64,000 nt of DNA from the NCBI RefSeq assembly GCF_009914755.1, contig NC_060946.1. The stretch is one strand, 5' to 3'. This stretch comes from the human T2T-CHM13v2.0 reference genome, Homo sapiens. This document shows positions 12,201 through 25,441 of this stretch, piece after piece. The translations under genes were made by a program, and so were the position numbers. The notes beneath the pieces are model-generated. The model ran no database searches. It saw only the letters and a list, made by a program, of their open reading frames with translations, and was not told the origin of the DNA. The first letter of the stretch is position 1, and every line of letters starts with the position of its first letter.

Positions 12201-14641
12201 ACCTGCCAGGCCTCTGCTCATGCTGGAGGCTGCCTGCATCCTCACTCGGCTTGTCCTGGGCTCTATTCTTTTCCACAATGCAGGGGTCGCCACTGGACAC
12301 ATGCTGCAGGGATGCGCATCTTACATCCTTTCTCCATTGGGATGAAGCTCCCCTGGTAAGGGTCTTGGCTGCTCTGTCCCTGCTGCAGCCCCTATGCCCA
12401 GAGCCTAGGATGCCCTGTGCAATGCAGCACCCAAGTGGTGCCAGCCCTGCCTTGGCAGGTGTTGGTGGAAGCCACCTCGGGGCCCTGCACAGTTCCTTGT
12501 GCCTCTGCCTGTGGGCCTCTTTCCAGTCATCCCACGGAGCCCGTGTACGAGAGCTGTTGCCTCAATTGCAGGGTGTGAGGGTCCTGCCCTGCAACCCTCA
12601 CCCACAAGCAAGTATGACGCACCTGATTCCTGGAGCTCACACGAGGGGCGTGGAACGAGGCCAGTCGCCTCCATGGGCAATGGCTCCTCCTCCCTCAGCA
12701 GAGCTGGGGGCTGCGCAACCTCCTTTGACTGACAGGCGAGGCGTCAGCACCGGCTCAGCCAAGACTCACCATCCTCACTCCCCAGATCCAGTCTCTCACA
12801 GGCCTAAGGAGGATGAAGAACCGAATTGTCTCATTCAGCTTCAGCGCCTCTCCATGCAGATCACCTGTGTGCAGATGGAGGGGGGCGAGGGCCACGTCAC
12901 CCTCACGCTGGCTGGGACCCCAACCCGGCCCCCACAGTCCTTCTCTCGCACCCACTGCCAGCCTCTGTCTTTCCGCATTGCAGGTGGTGCTGGCGTGGCC
13001 TCCTTTCTCTCACTTGCACCTGTGCCTCCCACCAAAGGACCTCCCTTTGCTTCTGGAGAGTCTGTACAGTGGTTATCTGCAGCTGCCCCTGTGCCTCTGT
13101 GCTGTCCATGTGGGTCTGTTGGAGGATCTGTTGGGATTTTCAGGCAGAGATCATATTTTTCCTTTGCCCTCAGGCACTGCCCAGGCATGGCAAGGCGTGG
13201 CGCTGTTACCACTGGGCAGAGATGGAGGGAATGCAGCAGAGGTAGACAGGACACCTGGGCAGGGCGAACTCAAGCTGGACATGCTGTCGGGATGCCTGGG
13301 TGGGAACACTGTGCTCCCAGACTCAGGTCAGCGTCAGAGGCCGGCCAGGAGCTGGACGGGAGAGCCAGTCAGGGCAACACCAGCGTTTCAGGCTTTCAGC
13401 GCCATCGGGGCTCCAGCGGCAGAGCGGGTCCCCCATGGGGATCGGCTGCAGTGGGTGGGCTCAGCCAAGGCCTGTTTGATCCATTCACCCAGGCTTTTAG
13501 AACCTGCTAGGTGAGGGACCCATCCCATCACGTCCGAGCGCCCCGGAGCCCTGTGCTGTGCTCTGAGTCCGTTTGCTGGACAGTGAAGGATGAGGTGGTT
13601 CAGCCAAGGTCACTGTGGACAAATCCGCCAGGCAGGTGGCAAGTTGGGGGAGGTTATTTGCAAAATCTGGAATAAATACACAATCCATAGCTAGAGAAAG
13701 AAAAAGAAAACTTATAAAAATAGGAGCTTAAATGGAGAAAGGGGGGAAGCGATGTAAAAAGGCTTTGTAAGGGAGAGGAAGCCAACACCAGATGCATGTT
13801 CATTACGGGAGAAATGGGAGTGATGTCTCCAGGGACTTCTCCAGGGTCCCACTCACCTGGCAGGTGCCATAGAGCTAGGTGATGTGGGTGGTGCTGAGGA
13901 CAGAGGTGGGAGGACACTTGGACTGCTGGCAGGAATGGACTCTGTGGTCCTGGGAGCTGTGGCATCCCTTCCCCACCCCTGTAGCCCCGGAGCACCTGGA
14001 CCACCTCTCCCTGCAGAGCGGACAGGCACTTCCTCAGATATCTTGCAGGGGAAAGGTCTTACAGGACTTAATGGAGCACACAGATCTCAAAGGCAGTGTT
14101 GCAAGCATGAGCTTTAGATAAGCTGATTATTACAAATATAAAATACACATACGGAAAACAACAACACATATTTTAGCAAGAGCCCTTAAATAAACTAAAG
14201 ATGTGTGTTAAAACAGTAACATGGTTTCCTGACACTGGGTGGCGAGGATGGAGGGCAATGCAGAACAAGTAAGTAAATAAAAACAGACTGTGTGGAACAA
14301 GATGCTTGTGTGCCCACACCTGTGTGTAATCTGTATAGTACCCTCCCTTTAAGTACATTTTAATAAAGATTAGTTCCCTTGAGGTGGTGCAGACAAAATT
14401 TGACTGACCAATTTTTAAAAACTACATAGAAACCATGACATGTGAAACATTTCAGGAACTCATCACTGGGGTAAAGGGAACCTTTAATCACTAGAGTTGG
14501 TTCCATTCATCAAGTGCAGTGCACCAGATGTCACTGAGAAATTCACACCACCTCCTCCGTAACTGTTGTACCAAAGCTGCAAAGCAGGTTTCATTTCCAA
14601 GTTTAAGATGGGACTGCTGTGGTTCAAAGAGGGAAAACGAC

Positions 14642-14820
14642 TCTCCTGGGATTATCAGTGTACCTGTTAGGGCTCCTGACTCCTCAAGTCTCCTGGGATT
14701 ATCAGTGTACCTGTTAGCGCTCCTGACTCCTCAAGTCTCCCAGGATTATCAGTGTACCTGTTAGGGCTCCTGACTCTTCAATTCTCCCAGGATTATCAGT
14801 GTACCTGTTAGGGCTCCTGA
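14642..14820. repeat. 47-bp VNTR, ~3.8 copies
   Basis: The unit TCTCCTGGGATTATCAGTGTACCTGTTAGGGCTCCTGACTCCTCAAG is repeated. Confidence 0.95.
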
Positions 14821-16000
14821 TTTCAATTTACTAAAATCTTGAAAAAAACCTGACAATCTGGGAATGTATTATCTTCAATAAGTAAAATATGCAGGCAGGA
14901 TAAACAACTTCAGGACTGGTTTGATCCAGCAGCTCAACTTTCATAAAGTTTCGTCTGCTATCTTTCTCTCTCCCAGAAACTCCCAGGGCTATGTAATAGT
15001 TCTTCACCCAAACCCAGTTACACAGATTTGGGCCAACCAGGGCTCTGTGATACCTGGATGAACACGGCCAATTTCACCTACACAGCTTGTTGGGCTCCCA
15101 GTGGGGAGGGAGACTGTAGGATCCCCCACATGTCCGCTACAGGCCTTGGTTCGAGCCCAGGTCCGGGTGACTCACCTTTTACAACTCTGAGTTTTACACG
15201 TGGGTGTTGCTCCTTCCTCACTGGTCTCTGGACTCAGTTCAGGCTGCATTTATCTCTCTTATTCCTTCCTCCCTCTCCCCTCCGCAGTGCCCAGGCGCGC
15301 AGGTATCCCTCATGCATCAGACCTACACAAGCAGAGCCTGGTGACTAAATAAATCATAAAATGAATCGTCGAGGAGTTTTGATGAGGCAATTAGGAAATG
15401 TTGAAAGTGGAGAGAGGGGATCGATGAGCAGATAGACTTCAATAGCACATCGAAGACTATAGAAGAGAAAATAATTGGAAGCACCATTTTGAACCTGGCG
15501 ATTTTGGCATCCTGTTATGTCTCAGAGAGGGTAAGAAAGACACCAGGGGCCCCGTGCGTTCAGGTCCTCTGCAAGTCACTAGCTGACAAAGTCAATGGTT
15601 TGGAACCCGGCACGACAGCCAGTCCTTCAAAGACTCAGGCCTGGCTCACACCCCGCGCAGCGTGTTTGACAGGGAACCAAAGTGAATTTTAAAGCAAACA
15701 GGCCCGAGTCGCAAACAATCTCCCCTTGTTTTCGGCACAATTGATGTCCACTAATTTCAGGCTTGTTTGGAAGTGTCGGCTCACGCAGAGATTAACTGCC
15801 TTTTGAAAGGTTGGGGAGGATGGTGCCTGAGTGCTTCTTCATTCTTCCCTTCTTGACACGAGGGTTAATGCTGGCATAATTAAAGTCCGCTGCCACAGTC
15901 AAAGGGAATAAACACCAAACACCTCCAGAGAGAAATTATCCAGTCCAGAGCCATTCTTGTCACCCTGGTCCGAGGTAGCTCTCAAAAGAGACTAACAACA

Positions 16001-16305
16001 GGCCAGCCACAGTGGCTCACACCTGTAATTCCAGCACTTTGGGAAACCAAGGTGGGCAGATCACCTGAGGTCAGGAGTTCGAGACCATCCTGGCCAACAT
16101 GGTGAAACCCCATCTCTACAAAAATACAAAAATTTGCTAGGCGTGATGGTGGGTGACTGTAATCCCAGCTACTCAGAAGGCTGGGGCAGGAGAATTGCTT
16201 GAACCCAGGAGGCAGAGGTTGCAGTGAGCCAAGATCGCACCATCGCACTCCGGCCTGGGTGACACAGGGACGCAAGACTCCATCTCAAAAAAAAAAAAGA
16301 AAAAA
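16001..16305 (+). mobile_element. AluS (Sx-like), full length
   Basis: Dimeric Alu with poly-A; TSD AAAAGA(G/C)ACTAACAACA on both sides. Confidence 0.95.
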
Positions 16306-16321
16306 GACACTAACAACAACA

Positions 16322-16490
16322 TTTTTCTCTTTCTAGAAACAGAGGCTTACTGTTGTCCAGGCTGGAGTGCAGTGGCTGTTCCCAGGTGTGATCACAGCGC
16401 GCTACAGCCTCCAAATCCTGGACTCCAGAGACCCTCCCGCCCCAGGCTCCTGAGTAGCTGGGACTACAGGTATGCGCCGCTGCCCTCAGC
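16322..16490 (-). mobile_element. FAM (fossil Alu monomer)
   Basis: The reverse complement reads ..GAGGCTGTAGCGCGCTGTGATCACACCTGGGAACAGCCACTGCACTCCAGCC. It retains the 7SL-derived GTGAATAGCC-type segment seen in FAM but not in FLAM/FRAM. Confidence 0.8.
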
Positions 16491-16654
16491 TTCATAGCAA
16501 ACTTTTTAGATGGAGGTTGTTTTTGTTTTTGTTTTAGAAATATGGAAGACACTGAAATCTTTAAAGAGAAGAAAATGCTCTTCAGGTGCTGGGGATTGAG
16601 TTATTTACGTCAAGGCACATGACTATACCCGGCCACGGGAGGAGGATGGCGAGT

Positions 16655-16840
16655 CGCGCTTGCAAATGTTTGCTCACCCGGCACGTGTCACGAGTGTGCG
16701 CTCCGCGCCCATCACCTTTCCAGGCGCTGAGGATCCGGTCGTGAACAAACCCACAACAATCCCTGCCCTTAAGGAGCTTGGATTCTGGTGGAAACAGACA
16801 GGACATATGTCCAACAAGCATTTGATAAAGTGACACACCA
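16655..16840 (-). mobile_element. L2 3' end, GC-shifted
   Basis: CCAGGCGCTGAGGAT..GTGAACAAA..CCCTGCCCTTAAGGAGCTT..TTCTGGTGGAAACAGACA. Confidence 0.65.
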
Positions 16841-17974
16841 AACAGCTGATGGTCATAAGGTTCTCAGGAGAACAGAGCAGGCTGAGCTGGAGTCTTTGAT
16901 GGGGTTGGGGGGAGCGATTGAAAAGGTGCATTTGGCCTAAAACTGAAGAGGATGAGAAGGGAGCTCGAACCTTGAAGGAGGGAGTGCCGGGTGGGGCCGG
17001 GGACACTGAGAAGGCTGCTCAGCTGGGGAGGGGGATTGGGAAGGAAGGAGGAGGAGGAGGACTGAGAGGACCAAGGTGAGGGAGCTCCAGCAAGCAGGGC
17101 TGAGCAGGGTCAAGGGGAGGGCTGGCGCTTCTGCTCCGCCCTGGGAGCAGTGAGAAACGGAGGCCTGGGAGGGTGCTGAGCAGAGGAGGGTGTGGCTGGT
17201 TTCTGAAGGGGCCGCAGCAGGGTGGAACCCACTGCAGCCATACAGTCCGGAGCCCCGAGGGGGCTTGAGCCAGGGCAGGGCAGTGGGGCGGGGAGAAGGG
17301 TCAGACCCTGGGTGCATTTCACAGGCAGGTCTGCAAGCACTGATGAGAGTGTGGTGTGGCCAGAAGAGGAGGTGAGATGGCTGGAAGGTTCTGGTCCCTG
17401 GAGAGGAAGAACACAGGTGTTATTCTAGACGTAGTGCTGCAGGTGTTGTGGTTCTGTGGGGTCAGGGGCTGGTTTGGGCACTCCTGCTTACGCCTCCTGG
17501 TGAACATCTAGGTGGAGGTGGCAGTGGGAAGGTGGGACATCCTCAGGGAAGATGTTTGGGTATGAAATTTCTGGGTCCAGGGAACCAGCAGAATGTTCTA
17601 GAAGAGGGACAGAACTGGTCCAAAATGGTGTTGGGCCACATGGGCCTTCAAGCCAGCCCCGTGCTTTGTGCGTGCGCTGGGGGAATCCGCCTGTCACCAG
17701 GCTTCTGCCCAAATGGACTGGGCCCAGTGGTTGGGGTCTGTGTCTCTCTGGCCCCAGCTGTAGGTCTCCTGGGCTGGACTGGTCACATTTGCCTCTGTGG
17801 TCACATTTGCCCTGTCCCTGCCCTCCACAGAACCACAGGGGCCTCAGCTACCCAGGCCTGGGGCGAGTGGCTCACACTAGGGCTGGCACTGGTGATGTCT
17901 CAGCAGCCACCTGGCACGGGGTCCCTTCAGCAGAGAAGGGTGCTGGGTGGCCACCCTCCTGCTGCTGTGTGTAT

Positions 17975-18161
17975 ACTTTACACATGCTTGCTCCACACAC
18001 TCACACACACACACAGGGAACACACATGTACCTCACAGCGCTCACATATGCTAACGCACATTCACACGCAATCACACCCACACATGCTCTCACATGCAAA
18101 CACAGGCTACAGCCCACACACTCACGCTCACACACACACCAGTGCACACACACACACACAC
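17975..18161. repeat. degenerate (CA)n tract
   Basis: CA-rich low-complexity sequence. Confidence 0.85.
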
Positions 18162-18744
18162 CTGCTGAAGAGTTTGCGACAGGGCTGACTCTGTTCTTCC
18201 TGACAACTGGCAGTGACCGGCCCTTACTCTCTGTCCGCTCCTGACCCACGTGTCTGTCCAGATGCTATTCTTCTCCATGTGTCTGCGTCCCACGGCCCCT
18301 TCAAGGTGAAGCCAGCGCGGCAGTAGCCTGCTGTCCACTAGATAAAGACACCAGATTGTCCCACCAGCTTTGTCTGGCCAACCCCGCCCCAGGCTCCATC
18401 CAGGGAAATGCCCAAGGCCCTGGCACACACCCTGAGATGCAGGCGGGACTCCAGGGACAGGGACCACTCTAGGACAGGCTGCAGCTCGATGCTCGCACCT
18501 GCAGGCTGACGCCAAACCCCAGGATGAAAAATTAGCCTTCAGTGGTGATTTCAGCAGATTGAGTGTGCCACATTTAGGACTCCCTTTATCCCTAAACCTC
18601 CTCATTCTCCAGTCAGGAGCCACTGCCCCACAAGCTGCCCCCTGGAACTCACAGCAGGGGACCCAGCGATGGATGGGAGCATTAGGGAAAGGCCAGGTAG
18701 CAGCATTTCATTTGAGACTCTTCCTGTAATTCCGCGGTTTTTAA

Positions 18745-19255
18745 ATTTTATTTATTTTTCTTACCTTGTTGCACTTGTCACAGCTTCTAGGATAACGTGG
18801 TGAGGAAAAACCAGCTCGCCTCCTTCCCAGTCTCGGGGGGAAGCGAGAAGTTCCCATGTTTCTCACTGTGTTCGCTGTAGGATTTTTACAGGTGCACTTT
18901 GTCAAGTCAATTCCCCTGTATTCCTAACCTGACAAAAGCTTTCATCATAAACGCGGCTGTTGCATCTTATCGGGTGCTTTCTCTGCATCGGTGGGTGTCC
19001 TTGCGGGATGTCTCTTCAGTTTGCTGATGTGGTGGCCCCACTGATTTATTTTTGAACATTGGACCACCCTTGCACACCTGGAAGAAATTTTGCTTAGCCT
19101 CGGTGCGTAATTCTATATGTCGTTGGATTCAATTTGCTAATGTTTTGTTGAAGATTTTCACATCGAAGTTCATGAGAGATATCAGCCCTCAGTTCTTTCC
19201 TTTTATGCACTGACATGGTCTGACTTTGCTATCAAATCATGCTAATTTTTACTTA
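18745..19255 (-). mobile_element. old L1 (L1M) ORF2 fragment
   Basis: TTGGATTCAATTTGCTAATGTTTTGTTGAAGATTTTCACATC..GTTCATGAGAGATAT is typical antisense L1 ORF2. Confidence 0.75.
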
Positions 19256-19270
19256 AAATAAATGAGTGTA

Positions 19271-19613
<343 letters not shown>

Positions 19614-21501
19614 TCAACAAGAAAGGCAAGGCCAGCTTTAATAATGCTTTAATGGGCAAGAAGCCATGGGCAAATGCGTACATCTTCCAACCAGTGACAT
19701 CGGGACCTGCAGAAATGATGTCATCACCATCACTGTCATCACTGTCATCGTTGTCAACACTGATGATCATCCTAGCTCTGGGGCAGCGTATGAGCCAGAA
19801 CTCTGCACACGTGAATACCTGTTTTCCCGTCTGTACTGGTGTTGTCTTGAATGTCTGGTGAATCCTTGCTATGCCAGGATTTAAATCCGAATCTGTCCAA
19901 GGTGTTAATACCTGTCTTTTGCTGCAACAAGTCTGCCAGTTACAGGTGAGGAGTTAGTCACCTGTAAACCTCTAAGAAGCTTGGAATAAACCCTTCTGCA
20001 TAACTAATTCTCAGCCCTAGCCAGACAGCCCTGCTTTAATTTCATGAATGCAAAGTCAGTACACCACAGTCGTTTCCAAGTCATAAACTCCTCGGAAAGG
20101 CCAGGCGGAGATCGGTTAATATGCCAGGCAAGGGGTGAGATATTCCCCCTCGATCGAAGGCCCCAGGAGCGAGCCAGCCTCACGGAGTTCACGTGCTTCG
20201 TGGGTGGTGGAATCCTGTTGTACAGCTGTCCCCGAGGGAGTGAGCAACGTCTTCTGTCCGCTAAGAAAGAGCTTCACCTTTAGAGTCATCCTGTTACTGG
20301 GAAACAGCAGCTTTTCTTAGAGGGAAAAGCAAAGTCCTGCAATTTGGTTTCTCTCTGGTGTTGGGTCTCACTGGCCAAGGAAGGAGGCCAAGGCCCAGCC
20401 CGATAGATGGTGTCTCAGTGGGCGGCCTGGCCAGTGGTGTTAGATCGCTGACAGTCATTCACATTTCAGAAGAGCAACTGGAGGCGGCACGGCACATATG
20501 TGCGTGGACTCAGCAAATTTCCCCTCCCGTGTGCGTGCCCTGCTGTGTAGGCTGCGGGCGGCCCGGTCAGGACACGGGAAGTAGCTGTGTCTCCAAACTG
20601 TTGTCTGCAGGAGGACAGGACCAATGCCTCAGGCCGCTCCTCTCGGGCCTGGTTTTATTCATAAAATGAGAAGGCTGGGCAAATCCTGTTTCCCAAAGCA
20701 TGGCTGCTGAACGCGAGGGTCACCGGCCTCCTCTCGCTCCTCTCACTGCCTGCCGCGGGACTGCCCCTTGCTAATGTGTTTCTGTAAACGACCTTACCTC
20801 GATGCACGTTTTAAATTCAGGTGTCTTAAGCACCCATGGCCCTGGCATGATGTTTGGCGTCCTATTTAGATTTACGCAACACAGATTAAAGTTATAGGGA
20901 CACAAAACTTAAGACCAAACAACCCAGGGAAGAAGAAGGTTCTGAGCGTCAGCCACTCCTCTCATGGTCGCTGGGGCCGGCACAGGGGGGCTAGGCCCTG
21001 GAGATGCTATTTCCTGTGGTCCCCGGGGCCGACACACGGGGGCTAGGCCCTCCAGATGCTATTTCTTGCCCCCACAGCTACGGACAGGGGCTCTTGCCCA
21101 CTTTGCTCATGGGACTGTGGAAGAGGACTTGAGAAGGGGACCAGGGGCCCCTCCATGTGCTGGGAGGGGGAGGAGCCCGCCAGCTCCGTGCCTTGTGGAG
21201 CAGGAGGCCAGTGACGATGCGTGGAAATATGGGCCCATGTCCCCTGGATCATTCAGGCTCTGCGCTCGGGCCACGGAAACCACAAGTGGAGGTGGCAGGT
21301 CCGAGCATTCGGCCCCCGGCATCCACAGAGGAAGGCAGCTCCTTCCTTCTGGGTTGGTGGAGATGCTCAGGGTCCCTACAGACAGAGGGTTCCCAAGTAT
21401 GTGCTGAAGTGGGGAAGCCTAAGAAAAGCTTTTTGAAAATGCCTGCAGGCCTGTAGGGTGTTCGCATCTGAGAGGCCCTTTGGAAGCTAATGACCTTGTG
21501 C

Positions 21502-21660
21502 AGGCAGGGGCAGGGGCAGGGGCAGGGGCAGGGGCAGGGCCAGGGGTAGGGGCAGGGGCTGGGGCTGGAGCAGGTGTTGGGGCAGGGGCAGGGGTCGGGG
21601 CTGGGGAAAAGCCAGGGGCAGGGGCAGGGGTCGGGGCTGAGGCAGGGGCTGGGGCTGGAG
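21502..21660. repeat. (GGGGCA/GGGGCT)n hexamer repeat, G4-prone
   Basis: More than 20 G4 runs separated by 2-nt spacers. Confidence 0.9.
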
Positions 21661-22254
21661 GCCTTCACCTTATCCCTGCCCAGACATCCTCAGGGAGAAA
21701 GCTCACTTCCTCTTACCTTCAAGGCCGTGTGAGGTCTGTATTCCACTCTGAAACATGAGCTTATGATAAAATGACTTCTGACCTTATTTACCTGTTCCTG
21801 GATGCTGGCCTCAGGGGGTTGTGCAGCCTACCTGGGCCCTGGCACTGCAGCCACATGTCCCTAAGAGCCTGCCCAGTCCCCAGGGTTCTTCAGTGTCCGT
21901 CTGACATCACCAGCATTACCTCTGGGCACTGCCTGACCCAAGCGCCCTCCCCAGACCTTTGGAATTGGAGTCTCCAGGGGCAGGGCCTAGGTGTTGTATT
22001 TTTCTGAGCTCCTGGGCAGGGCTCTGGTCGGTAAATGGAAAAACAGCTGCCTGATGGGGCCAGGGGCTCTCCCTGGAGTCTCTTTGGCTGCCTCGCCTGG
22101 TCTGATCCCATAATTAACAATGCCCTGTGTGCCAACCCCTCCAGCAGGTCGCCAGCCCCTCTGGGCACCCACAGGGAATGCATCCCCGGGAAGATGGGAA
22201 AGAGGAGGCCCCCGGTGAAGACTCCAAATAACAAAAACACACACAGGGTGACAA

Positions 22255-22830
22255 GGCCGAGTAATTATCACACAGCCTCACCAGGCGCTTTGATCTCCTA
22301 ATCAATTCTTCTGAGCGTCCCACATGGCTCTCTCTGCGTTTCATAATATAATTTAATTTTTATGTAGAGATTTTCCTGAAGGGCATAAATGCATTTTCAC
22401 TTTCTGCCCCAGTAATTCAGTTTTAAACCAAGCATAAAAACTCAATAAACAGCAAAGAGCTAACTGCATATGCCAGGCCCGTGACCTTTCACTGTTACTG
22501 TTGAATAAGTAAGAAAGCGGGTAGAAATCACATATGAAGTCCACCGAAGATTTTCCATTGTCTGTTAGAAAATCAGCCGGAATTGACAATAATTTGATAG
22601 TTCATGCTTGAGAGAGCTCCCGATTGGGAATGTGGGGCCCGGAGATTGGTTGGCAGCGGCAATCATTGGAGATCGGGCTCTCCCTGACCTTGAAACCGTC
22701 CTCCTCGCCGAGACTCCGTAATAAATGCAGAGAGGCTCTGCGCCCCGAGTCCTCACCTCCGATAAGCAGGGGTGAAAATGAAAATTCACGGAGATGCCGT
22801 GTACGTAGGTTTTTCAATTAGTTTCTCAAA
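22255..22830. promoter_or_regulatory. candidate developmental enhancer (CNE-like island)
   Basis: Non-repeat sequence with TAATTA, CTTTGAT (22288), TGACCTTGA (22685), GTAATAAA (22718) and retained CpGs. Confidence 0.45.
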
Positions 22831-23230
22831 TATTGCCTAAGCTGGGGGACCCTGGCGCTGGAGTTGTGCACAGCCCGTGAGATGCCCCAGAAGAACAAAG
22901 GACAATTACTGCAGGGATCTGAGCAAAACCAGCCTCGTTCGTGGGCCTATGGTATGATCTCTTGTGGGTGATTTGAGCTGGAATTCCCTTGATCCCTGGC
23001 ACAGAGGACGGGCACCTTCGGTTTGAATCGGACTCAGAAGTCTCAAGTCCTTTCCCCACACAGAGCCCCCAACTGGAGGCTTTGCTGAGCTTCTGTGTGT
23101 CCCGTGGGAGGTGCTCACCTTTGCAGCTGCGGCCCCAGGTGTGCACACACTGAACATTGGGAAGGGCTTCTTCTACGGAGCCAAAGATGCTCGCTCCCCA
23201 CCATTTCCTGGGGCTCACAGAAGCACATCT

Positions 23231-23641
23231 GCCTAGGTATGCAGTGGGCCATGTCTTAGGGCCTAGGTGTGCAGTGGGCCATGTCTTAGGGCCTAGGTGT
23301 GCGGTGGGCCATGTCATACGGCCTAGGTGTGCGGTGGGCCGTGTCATACGGCCTAGGTGTGGGGTGGGCCGTGTCTTACGGCCTAGGTGTGCGGTGGGCC
23401 GTGTCTTATGGCCTAGGTGTGCGGTGGGGTGTGTCATACGGCCTAGGTGTGTGGTGGGCTGTGTCATACGGCCTAGGTGTACAGTGGGGTGTGTCATACA
23501 GCCTAGGTGTGCGGTGGGCTGTGTCTTATGGCCTAGGTGTGCGGTGGGCTGTGTCTTACGGCCTAGGTGTGCGGTGGGCTGTGTCTTACGGCCTAGGTGT
23601 GCAGTGGGCTGTGTCTTATGGCCTAGGTGTGCGGTGGGCTG
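23231..23641. repeat. 30-bp VNTR, ~14 copies
   Basis: Unit GGCCTAGGTGTGCGGTGGGCTGTGTCTTAC with an exact 30-bp period. Confidence 0.97.
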
Positions 23642-24989
23642 CTCTCTGGGCTGCTGGCTTCTTAGGCTCCCAGCCTGGTTACCTGAGACAGGAAGAAGCC
23701 ACAGGGGGCTCCCACCCAGTCAGTCCAGCTCCTGAGACACTCAGCCAGGCTGCCTTTCCCTTTCCACCTTTTGGGGTCTTCCCAAGTTTGCTTTGTTAAA
23801 ATGCCCAGGGGTTTTCATTGTGCTCAGCAGGAAAGGAGAGTGAAAAGCAGTCTATCTTTTGTCATTGACAATTTTAAACAAGAGATGAAATGAGAAACTC
23901 AGCCAAGCCCGCTTTCAGCGGCCTGCGGTGCACTGGAAATTGCTGTGTGTCTCTTTGCTCCCTGGAGGCCTGGGCTGCAGCCCTGGAATTCCTTAGTCCT
24001 GGAGAGCATCTGCCTGCGGGGGCCACGCTCAGGAACTGCGTCTGCTTTCCCAGGGGAAGGAGCCTGTCCTGAGAACCAAGCCCCGCGGGTTGCGACACAC
24101 CGTCCTGTGTTGCTCAGAGAATCTAGGTCTGACAGGGAGCGTGTCCTAATCTGTCCCATGAGCAGATTCCTGGAGCAATCACTGGAGAGAAGGCGTGGGT
24201 TTCTTCCAGGAATCACACTGGCTTCAGTGCCAGGCAGCTCCCTGGTGTGCACAGCGTGAGAGGAACTGCCTGGGCTCTGTAGAGCTGCTGGAGAAACATT
24301 CCAGGAAGGAGGGCGAGGAGGCACAACAGCCACTTTGTGTGTTTGTCACTTTGATGCCTGTGCAGGGGTGTCGTATTGGGTGTCCTTTGTCTTTCCTGGT
24401 GACTGATGAACCCCTGTCCATGTGTCTACGGACATTTGGGTTCCCTCCTTCAGAAAGCACCTGTTCAAGTCCTTGCCCCATTTGTCTATCAGGTTACGTG
24501 GCATTTACCAATGTGTAAGATGTTGATTTAAAAAATATAGATCCTGGTTAGGAGGCCTTTGTTGGATATTTGTATCACAGACATCTTTGCTCTGTGGGTA
24601 TCCTTTTATTTGTAGGTGATGCACAGGCGTTATTTGTCTTTACATAGTTCAATATCTTCTCATATGTGGCTCAAGCCTTTGTATTCCCTGTAAGGAATCG
24701 TCACCTAGTTCAATTCATGGACATGTTTTTTCTTCTGCATTTCTTCTGGAAGTGATTTTTGTTCATGGTGTGAGAGAGCTTACTTTCAGTATGAATAGTC
24801 AATTGCCTCTGCATCCAGATTCCCTGTTGCAATGCATTGTCACCCTGGGCATGGGTCTGATCCTACAGACGTGGACCTGCTCCAAGCTTTCCACCTATTA
24901 GGGCATCAACATGTCCTTCCTGCCTTACCTCAGCACGCCCTTTCTTCCATACCACACTTTCCTTGTAGGCCTGGATATCAGAGAAGGTG

Positions 24990-25441
24990 GTTAGAACAGT
25001 GTGGATTCAGAATATCTGAGACAAGTCTCAGTTAATTTAGAAAGTTTATTTTGCCAAGGTGGAGGGTGCGTGCCCATGACACAGACTCAGGAGGTCCTGA
25101 CAACACATGCCCAAGGTGGTCAGGGCACAGCTTGGTTTTATACATTTTAAGGAGACATGAGACATCAGTCAATATATGCAAGAAGTGCATTGGTCCCACC
25201 CAGAAAGGTGGGGACAACTCCACGCAGAGAGGGGGCTTCCACGTCACAGGTAGGTGACAGACAGATGGCTGCATTCTTTTGAGTTTCTACTAAGCCTCTC
25301 CCGAGGAGGCAATCAGAATATGCATCTATCTCAGTGAGCAGAAGGATGCTTGGAATAGAATGGGAGGCAGGATTGTCAAGTTCTCAGCTTGACTTTTCCC
25401 TTAGCATAGTAATTTTGGGGCCCCAAGATTTTCCTTTTACA
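24990..25441 (-). mobile_element. MER4A-type ERV1 solo LTR
   Basis: ATCTGAGACAAGTCTCAGTTAATTTAGAAAGTTTATTTTGCCAAGG...GGGGCCCCAAGATTTTCCTTTTACA. Confidence 0.85.

Noticed and set aside
12251-13510. Longest ORF (419 aa)
   Set aside because: It starts at a non-ATG (TTG) codon, has no recognisable domain, has a GC-driven Pro/Gly/Ala/Ser composition and overlaps ORFs in several other frames, so it is probably a chance ORF.
16322-16490. 7SL RNA gene or pseudogene
   Set aside because: It lacks the 7SL S-domain and fits a FAM monomer.
21480-21758. GA-repeat protein (silk- or EBNA1-like)
   Set aside because: Translation of the GGGGCA hexamer repeat, with no gene context.
22826-23799. Repetitive ORFs, and a CRISPR-like appearance of the 30-bp array
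   Set aside because: The units are directly tandem with no unique spacers and no cas genes. This is a eukaryotic VNTR, and the ORFs are open only because the unit is 3n and stop-free.
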